Shown here piece by piece: positions 17,655 to 26,953 of a stretch of DNA of 32,375 nucleotides. The number at the start of each line of letters is the position of its first letter. Position 1 is the first letter of the stretch. Under the pieces are notes generated by a model. The model did not search any database, was not told the DNA's origin, and saw nothing but the letters and a program-made list of their open reading frames with translations. The stretch is taken from positions 1 through 32,375 of the forward strand of contig JBKCUU010000008.1 in the NCBI GenBank assembly GCA_046318155.1, given 5' to 3'. The position numbers and the translations under genes are program-made. The DNA comes from Bdellovibrio sp. (GTDB lineage: Bacteria; Bdellovibrionota; Bdellovibrionia; Bdellovibrionales; Bdellovibrionaceae).

Positions 17655-18078
17655 ACGGCCTCGTCTGGTGGTGGATACAAACATCATTGTGAGCGGGCTT
17701 ATCACCTCAGGCACTCCACCAGCGAAAATTTTGGACGGCATTCACAATAAAAGAATCACGCTTCTGATTTCCGATGAAGTCATCAGCGAATATCTACGGG
17801 TTTTGGAATATCCCCATATTCGCAAATATAAAAAAATTACCGACGAAACTATTAGCCGCCTCACAGCTCTTTTTATCAACGAAACAGAACGAGTGGAAAT
17901 TCTCAATCCTATCACCGCAAGCCCTGACCCCGATGACGACAAGTTCTTGTCGTTGGCGGTAGAGGGACAAGCCGACTTCATTATCACAGGCGATAAAGCC
18001 GACCGTCTCTCACTCAAAGAAATTTCTGGAATTAAAATCATCACGGCCAGAAATGCCGTGGAGAAATTCAAACTCTAA
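17647..18078 (+). CDS. PIN-domain (VapC-like) putative toxin
   Basis: LVVDTNIIVSGL, SEYLRVL, DPDDDKFL and ITGDKAD supply the acidic PIN active-site residues. Confidence 0.9.
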   Translation: MPKRPRLVVDTNIIVSGLITSGTPPAKILDGIHNKRITLLISDEVISEYLRVLEYPHIRKYKKITDETISRLTALFINETERVEILNPITASPDPDDDKFLSLAVEGQADFIITGDKADRLSLKEISGIKIITARNAVEKFKL

Positions 18079-18126
18079 AAAGACAGTCCTGACGAAGGTC
18101 AAGAACTGGTCAAGTGCTTTCGACGC

Positions 18127-18996
18127 TTAAGGCTGAGCTTCGAAGTTGCGGCCGGATAAAATTGGACCCAAAAATCTCATGTACTCTTCGTAAGTCGGCG
18201 CATTGATTTGTTCGACATTCAAAAGATGCTGAATATTTTCAGAGCCGTCGCCGACGGCTTTAAGACTTACGCGAGTGCCATTGTCTAAACCCGTCGTGAT
18301 GGTTTTTGCACCTGACATGCGAACGCCGCCCTCTTTGGGCTGCATCACAGAATACGCCGACTTCAGGTTGAGAGCGGCACGCTTGCCATTAGACTTGCGC
18401 AAAAATTGAGTACGAACATCATAAGCGATAACTATCTGGTTGCCGTTCACGGTGACGCGAGCACCAGGCAAGATCCGCCCCGTAAGGCTACTGATATCAT
18501 TTTTTTGAGCCAAAATTTCGTCTTGAAGAGAAATTTCAAAATTAAGGGCAAACGTGTTTCGCGTTTGATTCACGATGATGGCCATTTTAACATTCACGGG
18601 ACAGACAGAACCGGCAATCGCAAAATTCTTTTTAACAATGACGTCTTCCTTGGCGGGAGTTGGGGCGGCAGCATTGGCTTCAGAGGTTGATTTTAATGCG
18701 TCAAGAATATCGCTGAACTTTCCCGAACGGGCGCATTTTCCAGAAGCTGATTGCAGTGCGCTTTTAAGTTCTTTCACCAGTGGATCAGAGTCGCGGGCTG
18801 TCGAGTCTGAAAGCATCCATTCGAGTCGGCCAGCAGCGAGAAGCGTTTCTTCAAGCGCTCCAATTTCTTCGACGTTCAGAATCTTGTCAGCCGTCACTGG
18901 TTTGCGAGGCTTCGGTGCGCCTTCGTCGGCTTTTTTGGCACCACAGGCCGCTAGCAACAAAAAAATTGGTAGAGCGATCGTCGGTTTCACTGACAT
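18127..18996 (-). CDS. Hypothetical lipoprotein
   Basis: Start MSVKPTIALPIFLLLAAC (lipobox LAAC), a Cys pair and a beta-rich C-terminal half. Confidence 0.7.
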   Translation of the reverse strand: MSVKPTIALPIFLLLAACGAKKADEGAPKPRKPVTADKILNVEEIGALEETLLAAGRLEWMLSDSTARDSDPLVKELKSALQSASGKCARSGKFSDILDALKSTSEANAAAPTPAKEDVIVKKNFAIAGSVCPVNVKMAIIVNQTRNTFALNFEISLQDEILAQKNDISSLTGRILPGARVTVNGNQIVIAYDVRTQFLRKSNGKRAALNLKSAYSVMQPKEGGVRMSGAKTITTGLDNGTRVSLKAVGDGSENIQHLLNVEQINAPTYEEYMRFLGPILSGRNFEAQP

Positions 18997-19091
18997 CCTC
19001 CTATGAGGGGCGGCCAAGAGACATATTGTTGGGCAGATAAAGATGTCTTTATAATTGATTTTGAGAAGCTCTGCCGAACAGAATGAAGGTT

Positions 19092-19733
19092 ATGAAAGCA
19101 TTGCAAATTTTGTCTAGTCTTTTGACAGCAATTTTCTTGAGCGCCTGCGCGAGTTCCCCTCCGTTGTCACCAACCTCCAAAGATGCGGCCGCTCAGCTGC
19201 CCCGTCGCGTGGCCATCGAGGGCCGCGTCCAACTGCAAGACAAACAGGAAAAGAAGACGTTCACGATCACCCTGTCAGCGGTCGCGATCGAACCTTCGCA
19301 TCTGCGTTTGGATTTGAACGGCCCCTTCGGTAAAGCTCTTGGAAAAGTCGTCATTCGTGGCGAAACCATGGGCCTCTTAGTCCCTGCTCAAAAAAGAGTT
19401 TACATCGGCGTGGTTTCTGAAAACAGTTTTCGTCCCGTGCTGCCGCTGACCATGCACCCGATGGCACTCATGAGTCTTTTGTTGGGGGACGTCCCCAGTG
19501 ACTGGGAGTGCGTGTTTGAGGCCGCTGATAAGCAAGTCTGCGTAAAAAAAGAAATGGGCCTTCTTCTCACGCGGGATCCGCGCCCCGAAATGAGAAAATC
19601 CAAATGGCGTGTCGACGGCGAGAAGTTTTCGATGGTCTTTTTGCCGACCAATATCCAGACCAACGTCCAGACAAAGCTCGACACGTTCGCCTTACCGATT
19701 CCAGAAGGCTATTCGAGGCATAAGCTCCCCTGA
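19092..19733 (+). CDS. LolB-like outer-membrane lipoprotein
   Basis: Lipobox LSAC, EGRVQL, LRLDLNGPFG (compare the LolB LxLxxPLG motif), PLTMHP..L..LLLG. The start is 19092 or 19083. Confidence 0.55.
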   Translation: MKALQILSSLLTAIFLSACASSPPLSPTSKDAAAQLPRRVAIEGRVQLQDKQEKKTFTITLSAVAIEPSHLRLDLNGPFGKALGKVVIRGETMGLLVPAQKRVYIGVVSENSFRPVLPLTMHPMALMSLLLGDVPSDWECVFEAADKQVCVKKEMGLLLTRDPRPEMRKSKWRVDGEKFSMVFLPTNIQTNVQTKLDTFALPIPEGYSRHKLP

Positions 19734-19780
19734 TGCGACTGGACCAAAAAGCGTCATTTTCATCATTTTTCACACCGCAA

Positions 19781-19811
19781 TTGACCATTTTTCACGCGGG
19801 ACTGTCATAAT
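19781..19811 (+). promoter_or_regulatory. Candidate promoter of the prkA operon
   Basis: TTGACC (19781-19786) and an extended -10 TGtCATAAT (19803-19811). The 19-nt spacer is long. Confidence 0.4.
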
Positions 19812-19861
19812 GAGACGAGAGGACCAAGGTCGGTCTTCGGTGCCACCCCGAGGAGGTCTCC

Positions 19862-21934
19862 ATGTCACGCGTTGATCTTAAATCAATAGTCAGTAATTGG
19901 CAGACAGAGCATGGTGTTTACCATGCGAACTGGAGTGGCACCTTCAGTGAATACCTTGATCTGGTAAAGCAAAATCCACGCATCACGCGAAATGCCTTTC
20001 AGCGCATGTACGACATGATCGTTGAATCGGGTACCGAAGACTACATTGACTTCAAAAAGCCCGTCATTCGCTATCGGTTCTTTGATGACTTAGCCAACAA
20101 CGGTAAGGACGCCGTGTTTGGCCTTGATGTTCCCCTGATGAAGTTGGTAAATGTGCTGAAAGCCGCTTCGCTTGGATATGGACCTGAGAAGCGTGTGATC
20201 TTGTTGCACGGGCCGGTGGGCTCTGCCAAGTCAACGGTTTGTCGTATGATCAAAAAAGGTCTCGAGGCTTACTCAAAAACTAAAGAAGGAGCCTTGTACA
20301 CCTTTGAATGGGTGGATGAAAAAGGCGAGCTCGGCACTTTGTTTGGCAAAGAAGCCCGATCCTTTATGAGCCCCATGAATGAAGAGCCATTGCTGCTGAT
20401 CCCCGACGGACTTCGGGCGCAGGTTTTTGAGGACATCAATCGCGGGCAAGAGGGTTCTTACCGTGTGAACGTCGAAGGTGAACTGTCCCCACCTAGCCGT
20501 TACATCTTAAAACACTTGATGGAGCGGTACGATGGCGATCTGATGAAAGCGCTCTCGCACGTGCGTGTGAAACGCTTGGTGCTCTCCGAAGCCGATCGCA
20601 TCGGGATTGGAACCTTTCAACCTAAAGACGAGAAGAACCAGGATTCAACTGAGCTCACAGGTGACATCAACTACCGCAAAATTGCCGAGTACGGGTCGGA
20701 CTCAGATCCCCGTGCGTTTAACTTTGACGGGGAGTTCAACGTTGCCAATCGTGGGATGATTGAGTTTGTCGAGGTTCTAAAACTTGATGTGGCCTTCTTG
20801 TATGACTTGCTGGGCGCTTCGCAAGAGCACCGCGTGAAGCCAAAGAAATTTGCTCAGACGTACATTGATGAAGTGATCATTGGCCACACCAATGAGCCCG
20901 AGTATCGCCGCCTGCAAGATAATGAGTTCATGGAAGCTCTTCGCGACCGTACGGTGAAGATCGATATTCCTTACATCACGAAATGGAAGGACGAGATTAA
21001 CATCTATAAGAAGGATTTTAACTCCAAAAAAATCCGCGGAATTTCGATCGCTCCTCACACCATTGAGATGGCCGCTATGTGGGCCCTGCTCACGCGTCTC
21101 GAGAAGCCTAAAAAGGCGAACCTCACGCGTTTGCAAAAACTGAAGCTTTATAACGGAAAGACTTTGCCTAACTACACCGAGGACAACGTCCGTGAGCTGC
21201 GTAAAGAAACGACCCGCGAAGGTCTTTCGGGAATTTCTCCTCGCTACATTCAAGATAAGTTGTCGAATGCAATCGTAAATGCGCAGCAAAGCAATCGGGG
21301 TTCGGTGAATCCCTTTATGGTGTTGAACGAGCTGGATTCAGGACTTAAAAACCATTCGCTCTTATCAAATGAAGAGCTTAAGGCCGAGTACCGTGAACTC
21401 CTGGGTGCCGTTCGCCAAGAGTACGAAGAAATTGTTAAGGCTGAAGTCCAGCGTGCGATTAGTGCCGATGAAAGCGCTTTGCAGCGTCTGTGTGCGAACT
21501 ACATCGACAATTTAAAGGCGTATACGCAGCGCGAACGCGTGCGAAATGCCTTTACCGGTATGGACGAAGAGCCCGATGAACGTTTGATGCGTTCGATTGA
21601 AGAAAAAATCGAGATTCCAGAGTCTCGTAAAGATGATTTCAGACGCGAAATCATGAATTACATCGGGGCTCAGTCTTTGGAAGGAAAGAAGTTCAATTAC
21701 AAAATGAACGAGCGTCTTCACAAGGCTCTTGAGCTTAAGTTGTTCGAGGATCAAAAAGATACGATCAAGCTGACCTCGCTTGTGAGCTCGGTCACCGATA
21801 AAGACACGCAAGAAAAAATCGACATTGTCAAAACCCGTCTGATTAAAGATTTTGGGTACGACGAAATTTCGGCCACTGATGTCTTGCATTACGTTGCCAG
21901 CATTTATGCTCGCGGTGACGTGAAAAACAAGTAA
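19862..21934 (+). CDS. prkA: PrkA/YeaG-family AAA+ ATPase (serine protein kinase)
   Basis: Walker [63 protein letters not shown]. Confidence 0.93.
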   Translation: MSRVDLKSIVSNWQTEHGVYHANWSGTFSEYLDLVKQNPRITRNAFQRMYDMIVESGTEDYIDFKKPVIRYRFFDDLANNGKDAVFGLDVPLMKLVNVLKAASLGYGPEKRVILLHGPVGSAKSTVCRMIKKGLEAYSKTKEGALYTFEWVDEKGELGTLFGKEARSFMSPMNEEPLLLIPDGLRAQVFEDINRGQEGSYRVNVEGELSPPSRYILKHLMERYDGDLMKALSHVRVKRLVLSEADRIGIGTFQPKDEKNQDSTELTGDINYRKIAEYGSDSDPRAFNFDGEFNVANRGMIEFVEVLKLDVAFLYDLLGASQEHRVKPKKFAQTYIDEVIIGHTNEPEYRRLQDNEFMEALRDRTVKIDIPYITKWKDEINIYKKDFNSKKIRGISIAPHTIEMAAMWALLTRLEKPKKANLTRLQKLKLYNGKTLPNYTEDNVRELRKETTREGLSGISPRYIQDKLSNAIVNAQQSNRGSVNPFMVLNELDSGLKNHSLLSNEELKAEYRELLGAVRQEYEEIVKAEVQRAISADESALQRLCANYIDNLKAYTQRERVRNAFTGMDEEPDERLMRSIEEKIEIPESRKDDFRREIMNYIGAQSLEGKKFNYKMNERLHKALELKLFEDQKDTIKLTSLVSSVTDKDTQEKIDIVKTRLIKDFGYDEISATDVLHYVASIYARGDVKNK

Positions 21935-21998
21935 GGGGCCGAGGGGACGGCGGCGCTTCCGTGATAAGGCAGCGCCCTAAACTTGAGAGGGGACCCGG

Positions 21999-23093
21999 AT
22001 GTCCGTCAAAGAAGACCAGAGTCGGTTCCGAAATATTATCAAAGGTAAAATCAAGGCCGACCTGCGTAAGTATGTGTCGCAAGGTGAAATGATTGGTAAA
22101 CGCGAAAACGAGTTTATCAAGATCCCCCTTCCTTCGATCGATATTCCTAATTTTCGTTACGGACCCAAACAAAAAGGCGGCGTTGGTCAGGGCGAAGGCA
22201 AACCCGGCGAAGGGGTTGGTGAACCCGGTGAAGGCGAAGGCCAAGCCGGGAGCGACCCTGGTCAACACATGCTCGAAGCCGAGCTCTCGGTTGATGAATT
22301 GGCCGAAATCTTGGGCGAAAAGCTCGAGCTTCCTAAAATTCAACCGAAGGGCATGAAAAATATTGAAACCAGTAAAACCAAATATTCAGGCATTGCGCCG
22401 GTGGGTCCCGAGGGCATGCGCCACTTTAAGACGGTGTACAAGCAAGCCCTGAAGCGCAATATCACGTCGGGGACTTATGATCCCGTCAATCCCCGCATTA
22501 TTCCGATTCGCCGCGACTTTCGATACCGCTCTTTCAAAACCGTAACCAAGCCTCAGACCAAAGCGGTGATCATTTATATGATGGACGTGTCGGGATCAAT
22601 GGGGGACGAGCAAAAAGAAATCGTCAGACTCGAGAGCTTTTGGCTCAACGCTTGGCTGCGCAAGCATTACAAGGGGCTTGAGACCCGCTTCATTATTCAT
22701 GATGCTGCGGCCAAAGAGGTCAACGAGGACACTTTCTTCCGAACGAGCGAATCGGGCGGAACGCTGATCAGCTCGGCCTACAAGCTTTGTATGGACATGA
22801 TTCAGGCCGAGTACAAGACGTCGGAGTGGAACGTCTATCCCTTTCACTTTTCGGACGGAGATAACTGGAGCGGTGAGGACACGCGGCTGTGCATGCAAAT
22901 GCTGCGTGATTTCTTTTTGCCCAATGTGAACGTATTTTGTTACGGCCAAGTTGAAAGTAAATACGGAAGCGGGCAGTTTTTGAAAGATCTGAAAAAAGAG
23001 TTTCCTGATGATGACCGCATTATCACCAGTCAGATCGAGAACCGGGACAAGATCTTAGATTCGATCAAAGACTTTTTAGGGAAAGGCAAGTAA
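21999..23093 (+). CDS. yeaH: YeaH/YhbH (DUF444) vWA-like protein
   Basis: [14 protein letters not shown], a Gly-rich linker, MMDVSGSM (MIDAS-like), [21 protein letters not shown]. Confidence 0.92.
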   Translation: MSVKEDQSRFRNIIKGKIKADLRKYVSQGEMIGKRENEFIKIPLPSIDIPNFRYGPKQKGGVGQGEGKPGEGVGEPGEGEGQAGSDPGQHMLEAELSVDELAEILGEKLELPKIQPKGMKNIETSKTKYSGIAPVGPEGMRHFKTVYKQALKRNITSGTYDPVNPRIIPIRRDFRYRSFKTVTKPQTKAVIIYMMDVSGSMGDEQKEIVRLESFWLNAWLRKHYKGLETRFIIHDAAAKEVNEDTFFRTSESGGTLISSAYKLCMDMIQAEYKTSEWNVYPFHFSDGDNWSGEDTRLCMQMLRDFFLPNVNVFCYGQVESKYGSGQFLKDLKKEFPDDDRIITSQIENRDKILDSIKDFLGKGK

Positions 23094-24632
23094 GTGGCGA
23101 ACCTCACCCCTGAACTCGAAGCCGAGAGAATAAAGATTCAGGCCGTTGCTAAAGAGTACGGCCTCGATTGCTTTGAGACGATCTTTGAACTGATTACCTA
23201 TGATCAGATCAATCAGTTTGCGGCTCTAGGGGGTTTTCCCGTTCGTTATCCACATTGGAAGTTCGGAATGGAGTACGAGCATCTCTCGAAGTCTTATGAA
23301 TATGGTCTTTCAAAAATCTACGAAATGGTGATCAACAACGACCCTTGTTATGCCTACCTGATGGAAGGCAACATGATGATGGATCAAAAACTCGTTATGG
23401 CGCACGTTTACGGTCACTGCGATTTTTTTAAGAACAACGTTTGGTTTGCCAAAACTAACCGCAAGATGATGGACGAGATGGCCAATCACGGCACCCGTAT
23501 TCGCCGCTATATCGACCGCTATGGTGTTGATGTCGTCGAGTCCTTTATTGATAAATGTCTTTCGCTCGAAAATTTGATCGATCGCCATTCTGTGTATAGC
23601 CCCATCACACCACAGTTTCCTCCGCAGCCCAATAGCAATGCGGAGGATGCTGGTCGGGACCGCGGTTTTTTGCTCAAGTACGACAAAGAGTACATGCGCG
23701 ATTATATCAATCCGCCTGAGTTCGTGGCCGAGCAAAAACGTAAAGTGCAAGAAAATGCGGCCAAGCAGGCCCGTTATCCTGCCGAGCCTCAGCGCGACGT
23801 GCTTAAATTTTTAATGGACAATGCGCCCCTCGAAGATTGGCAGCAAGACGTGCTCACGATCATTCGCAACGAGGCTTATTATTTTGCACCCCAGGGAATG
23901 ACTAAAACCATGAACGAGGGTTGGGCTTCGTATTGGCATTCTAAGATCATGACTCAAAAAATCTTGAGTGACTCTGAGATCATCGATTTTGCCGATCACC
24001 ACTCGGGCACGACCGCTATGGGCCCTCAAAATTACAATCCCTACAAAGTCGGGATCGAGCTCATGCGCGATATCGAAGACCGCTGGAACCGCGGTCGGTT
24101 TGGGCGTGATTGGGAAGAGTGCGATGATGTGCGGGAGCGCAAGAACTGGAACAAGAACACGGGCCTTGGCCGTGACAAGATCTTTGAAGTTCGCAAGATC
24201 TACAATGACGTCACGTTCATCGACGAGTTTTTAACAGAGGATTTTTGCGTCCGTCACAAACTGTTTGTGTATAAGTTTAATAAGCGGACTCAAGCCTTTG
24301 AAATCGACACGCGTGATTTTAAGGCGATCAAAGCTAAGCTGCTTTTTCAAATGACCAACTTTGGTCAGCCCATTATTCGGGTCGAAGATGCCAACTTTGA
24401 AAATCGCGGCGAGCTTTTGCTCAGCCACATGTGGGAAGGCATTGATTTGCAGCCTGATTTCATGAATGAAACTCTTAAAAATGTTTACGCCATGTGGCAG
24501 CGGCCCGTCATTTTGACGACAGTGATGGACAATGAGGGGCAACTCTACCGATATGATGGCCAAGAGATGAAGAACATGAAGATCGGCGTTGCGAATGCAC
24601 CGGCAGAAGAACCTAAAAAAGAAGACACTTAA
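23094..24632 (+). CDS. spoVR: SpoVR/YcgB-family protein
   Basis: GFPVRYPHWKFG, KIYEMVINNDPCYAYL, AHVYGHCDFFKNN, TKTMNEGWASYWH, NPYKVG. Confidence 0.93.
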   Translation: MANLTPELEAERIKIQAVAKEYGLDCFETIFELITYDQINQFAALGGFPVRYPHWKFGMEYEHLSKSYEYGLSKIYEMVINNDPCYAYLMEGNMMMDQKLVMAHVYGHCDFFKNNVWFAKTNRKMMDEMANHGTRIRRYIDRYGVDVVESFIDKCLSLENLIDRHSVYSPITPQFPPQPNSNAEDAGRDRGFLLKYDKEYMRDYINPPEFVAEQKRKVQENAAKQARYPAEPQRDVLKFLMDNAPLEDWQQDVLTIIRNEAYYFAPQGMTKTMNEGWASYWHSKIMTQKILSDSEIIDFADHHSGTTAMGPQNYNPYKVGIELMRDIEDRWNRGRFGRDWEECDDVRERKNWNKNTGLGRDKIFEVRKIYNDVTFIDEFLTEDFCVRHKLFVYKFNKRTQAFEIDTRDFKAIKAKLLFQMTNFGQPIIRVEDANFENRGELLLSHMWEGIDLQPDFMNETLKNVYAMWQRPVILTTVMDNEGQLYRYDGQEMKNMKIGVANAPAEEPKKEDT

Positions 24633-24998
24633 GTGACCTCGAACACCCGACTTGTTTTTTCGACCGATCCCAAAGATCAAGTGCTGTGCCGTCATTGCCG
24701 CAAACTCAAAGACGAGTGCGAGTGCCAGCCGTCGGGGCAGGTCTCACCGGATCAGATCGTGGCGATCTTTCGCCTGGAAAAATCGGGACGCGGTGGCAAG
24801 ACGGTGACGGTGATCGACAATCTTCCCAGGCACGAGACTTACCTTAAGGATTTGGCCAAAGAGCTCAAAGCCAAGTGCGGTGTTGGCGGTACGCACAAGA
24901 TCGCCGACAAGGCCGGTCAAATCGAGATCCAAGGCGATCAGCGAGTCAAGTTGAAGGCGATCTTGGATTCAAAAGGCATTCGCTACAAAGGCATGTAG
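24633..24998 (+). CDS. yciH: SUI1/eIF1-family translation factor YciH
   Basis: LVFSTD, CxxC..CxC, EKSGRGGKTVTVI, LKAKCGVGGT, IEIQGD. Confidence 0.92.
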   Translation: MTSNTRLVFSTDPKDQVLCRHCRKLKDECECQPSGQVSPDQIVAIFRLEKSGRGGKTVTVIDNLPRHETYLKDLAKELKAKCGVGGTHKIADKAGQIEIQGDQRVKLKAILDSKGIRYKGM

Positions 24999-25099
24999 TA
25001 AAAAATTATTAATCATCCCAAGTCTATCTTCTGCTCGATCGGGCTGCTAACCTTTTGAAGTCTCTCTTGAACTGAGAGACACTTTTAAGGAGTACTGAT

Positions 25100-25333
25100 A
25101 TGACAGGAAATATGCGTTCGGTTACAATTGCATTCATCGTGATGATTTCTTCAATGGCGTTTGCACAAAGTCAGAATGAAGCGGGTCAGCCTTCGGCTCC
25201 GTCGGCACAAACCGCTCCTGCCGTGACTCAAGAAGGCGCAAAAATGACAAAAAAAGAAGCTAAAGCTCTGTGCAAAACAGAAGGCAAAAAAGGCAAAGAC
25301 CTTAAAGAGTGCATCAAAGCAAAATCAATGTAA
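25100..25333 (+). CDS. Small secreted protein with a PsiF-like Cys pair
   Basis: AAGGAG ribosome-binding site, Sec signal ending AFA, and a Lys-rich tail AKALCKTEGKKGKDLKECIK. Confidence 0.65.
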   Translation: MTGNMRSVTIAFIVMISSMAFAQSQNEAGQPSAPSAQTAPAVTQEGAKMTKKEAKALCKTEGKKGKDLKECIKAKSM

Positions 25334-25347
25334 CTTTTTGATTAAAA

Positions 25348-26388
25348 CTACGCTTTGGTTTTTTTAGCGGAGGTGATTTTTGTCGCCAGGGCTCGCATGC
25401 GATCAAAATCTCGAGTCGAGACAATGGCCTTTGGACTTCGCGAAGTTTGAGAGGCCATTTCATTCATCTGATCCACGCGTCGTTGCGAGGGGGGATGCGT
25501 GCTCAAGGCATCTTGGACGCTTTGTAAAATAGCGGGTCCTTCAGTTTTGCGCTGCTTTTCCATTGTTAAAAGTTTGGCGTAGAACGTCCCGATCTTGTCT
25601 TTGTCATACCCCGCGTTCAAAGCCGTGCGAAAGCCAATGCGGTCTGCTTCCATTTCATCTTCTTGAGAGTTTTGCATGAACCCGTACTTTTGCACCAGCA
25701 ACCCGCCGCCAGCGCCAGCCGCGGCTCCCAGCTGTGTGGCCTTTTGCATGCACGCGGTGTCTTTGGGCGGGCAGGCTAAGCGCCCCAGTCCGTACCCAAG
25801 CACGCCGCCCAATAGGCCCCCGCCGAGAGCGTATTTCCACGAGCTGGCTTGCTCGCGTTTGGCGACTTCCATGCGCTCGGCCGTGTGGCGTGCTTTGATG
25901 TGACCAATTTCGTGGCCGATGACGCCCGCAAGTTCGGCCTCGTTATCGGCCATCGCAATCAAAGGAGTTGTGACAAAGACGGTTCCTGCTGGCAGGGCGA
26001 ACGCATTGACGTAACCCACATCAACGACGGTGAAGTTGTAGTTATAAGGATTGCCTTCAATTTTATTGGCCGCCGCAATTCGTTGACCCAAATTCGAGAC
26101 ATAGGCCTGCATTTCGGGATTGTTCAGGGCGGGGTAATCTTTTTTCATTTGCGGCAAGACCTGTTGGGTCATGCGGCGTTCATCATTGACGGTCAGCTGC
26201 GTATTTTGGCCCGAGTTGTCGCCTTCGCGGAACCTGGTTTTTTCAGGGGCCGCGCAGCTGGCCAGCAAAAGACCCATTGAGGCCAAAAACGTGCGTCGAC
26301 CCACGCGTGTCGAGTTCCACTCAGCCAGCAACAGATCAAATTCTTCGATTGCCCGTTCTTGAGAAATGAGTCTGGGGTTTTTCGACAT
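25348..26388 (-). CDS. M48-family zinc metallopeptidase, Tat-type lipoprotein
   Basis: NAFALPAG, ELAGVIGHEIGH (HExxH), EMEADRIG, STHP. N-terminal GRRTFL plus lipobox LASC. Start MSKNPR at 26388. Confidence 0.88.
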   Translation of the reverse strand: MSKNPRLISQERAIEEFDLLLAEWNSTRVGRRTFLASMGLLLASCAAPEKTRFREGDNSGQNTQLTVNDERRMTQQVLPQMKKDYPALNNPEMQAYVSNLGQRIAAANKIEGNPYNYNFTVVDVGYVNAFALPAGTVFVTTPLIAMADNEAELAGVIGHEIGHIKARHTAERMEVAKREQASSWKYALGGGLLGGVLGYGLGRLACPPKDTACMQKATQLGAAAGAGGGLLVQKYGFMQNSQEDEMEADRIGFRTALNAGYDKDKIGTFYAKLLTMEKQRKTEGPAILQSVQDALSTHPPSQRRVDQMNEMASQTSRSPKAIVSTRDFDRMRALATKITSAKKTKA

Positions 26389-26457
26389 ACAGCCCTTACT
26401 TTCCAATGTCAGAAGTTCAATTGAAAGAGATCACATCTTGTGTGGACTTAAATTCAA

Positions 26458-26946
26458 TCACGATTTTTTACGTTTGCCGCGAAAATAATTGCTTAAAAGT
26501 GCGCCGCACTCGTTGGCCAGAACGCCGCCGAGAACTTCGCATTGATGATTGAGGCGGGGGTCCTCTAAAACTTGATACAAACTGCGAACGCCGCCGCCTT
26601 TTGGATCCGAGGCCCCAAAGACCACGCGCGAAACGCGCGCCTGCCAAAGGGCGCCCGCACACATCACACAGGGCTCGAGCGTGACGTACAAAGTGCTGCC
26701 GGAGAGCCGCCATGCCCGGCGTTTCTGCGAGGCCCGGTGCAGGGCAATAAGCTCGGCATGCCCGAGAGGGGTCATCCACTCCTCTTTGCGGTTCATCGCT
26801 TTGGCCAGGATGCTGGTGCCGTCAGAACCAATTAAAAGCGCCCCGATCGGTACTTCGTCCCGCTCGCCCGCTTTCTGAGCCAGCTCCAGTGCTTTACGCA
26901 TCCAGAACTCATCCTGACGCACAGTATTATTATCCTCGGTTCCCAT
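26458..26946 (-). CDS. tadA: tRNA adenosine(34) deaminase
   Basis: EVPIGA, HAE, WRL, TLYVTLEPCVMCAGA, DPKGG, LNH, terminal F..KR. Confidence 0.9.
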   Translation of the reverse strand: MGTEDNNTVRQDEFWMRKALELAQKAGERDEVPIGALLIGSDGTSILAKAMNRKEEWMTPLGHAELIALHRASQKRRAWRLSGSTLYVTLEPCVMCAGALWQARVSRVVFGASDPKGGGVRSLYQVLEDPRLNHQCEVLGGVLANECGALLSNYFRGKRKKS

Positions 26947-26953
26947 GGCAAAC

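Noticed and set aside
21952..21976. GC-rich hairpin GGCGCT...AGCGCC between prkA and yeaH
   Set aside because: It has no U-tract and is too short to call a terminator or ncRNA. At most it is an mRNA stability element.
22176..22260. Repetitive GGCGAAGG / GEG-PGE sequence
   Set aside because: This is the normal Gly-rich linker of YeaH-family proteins, not a DNA repeat element.
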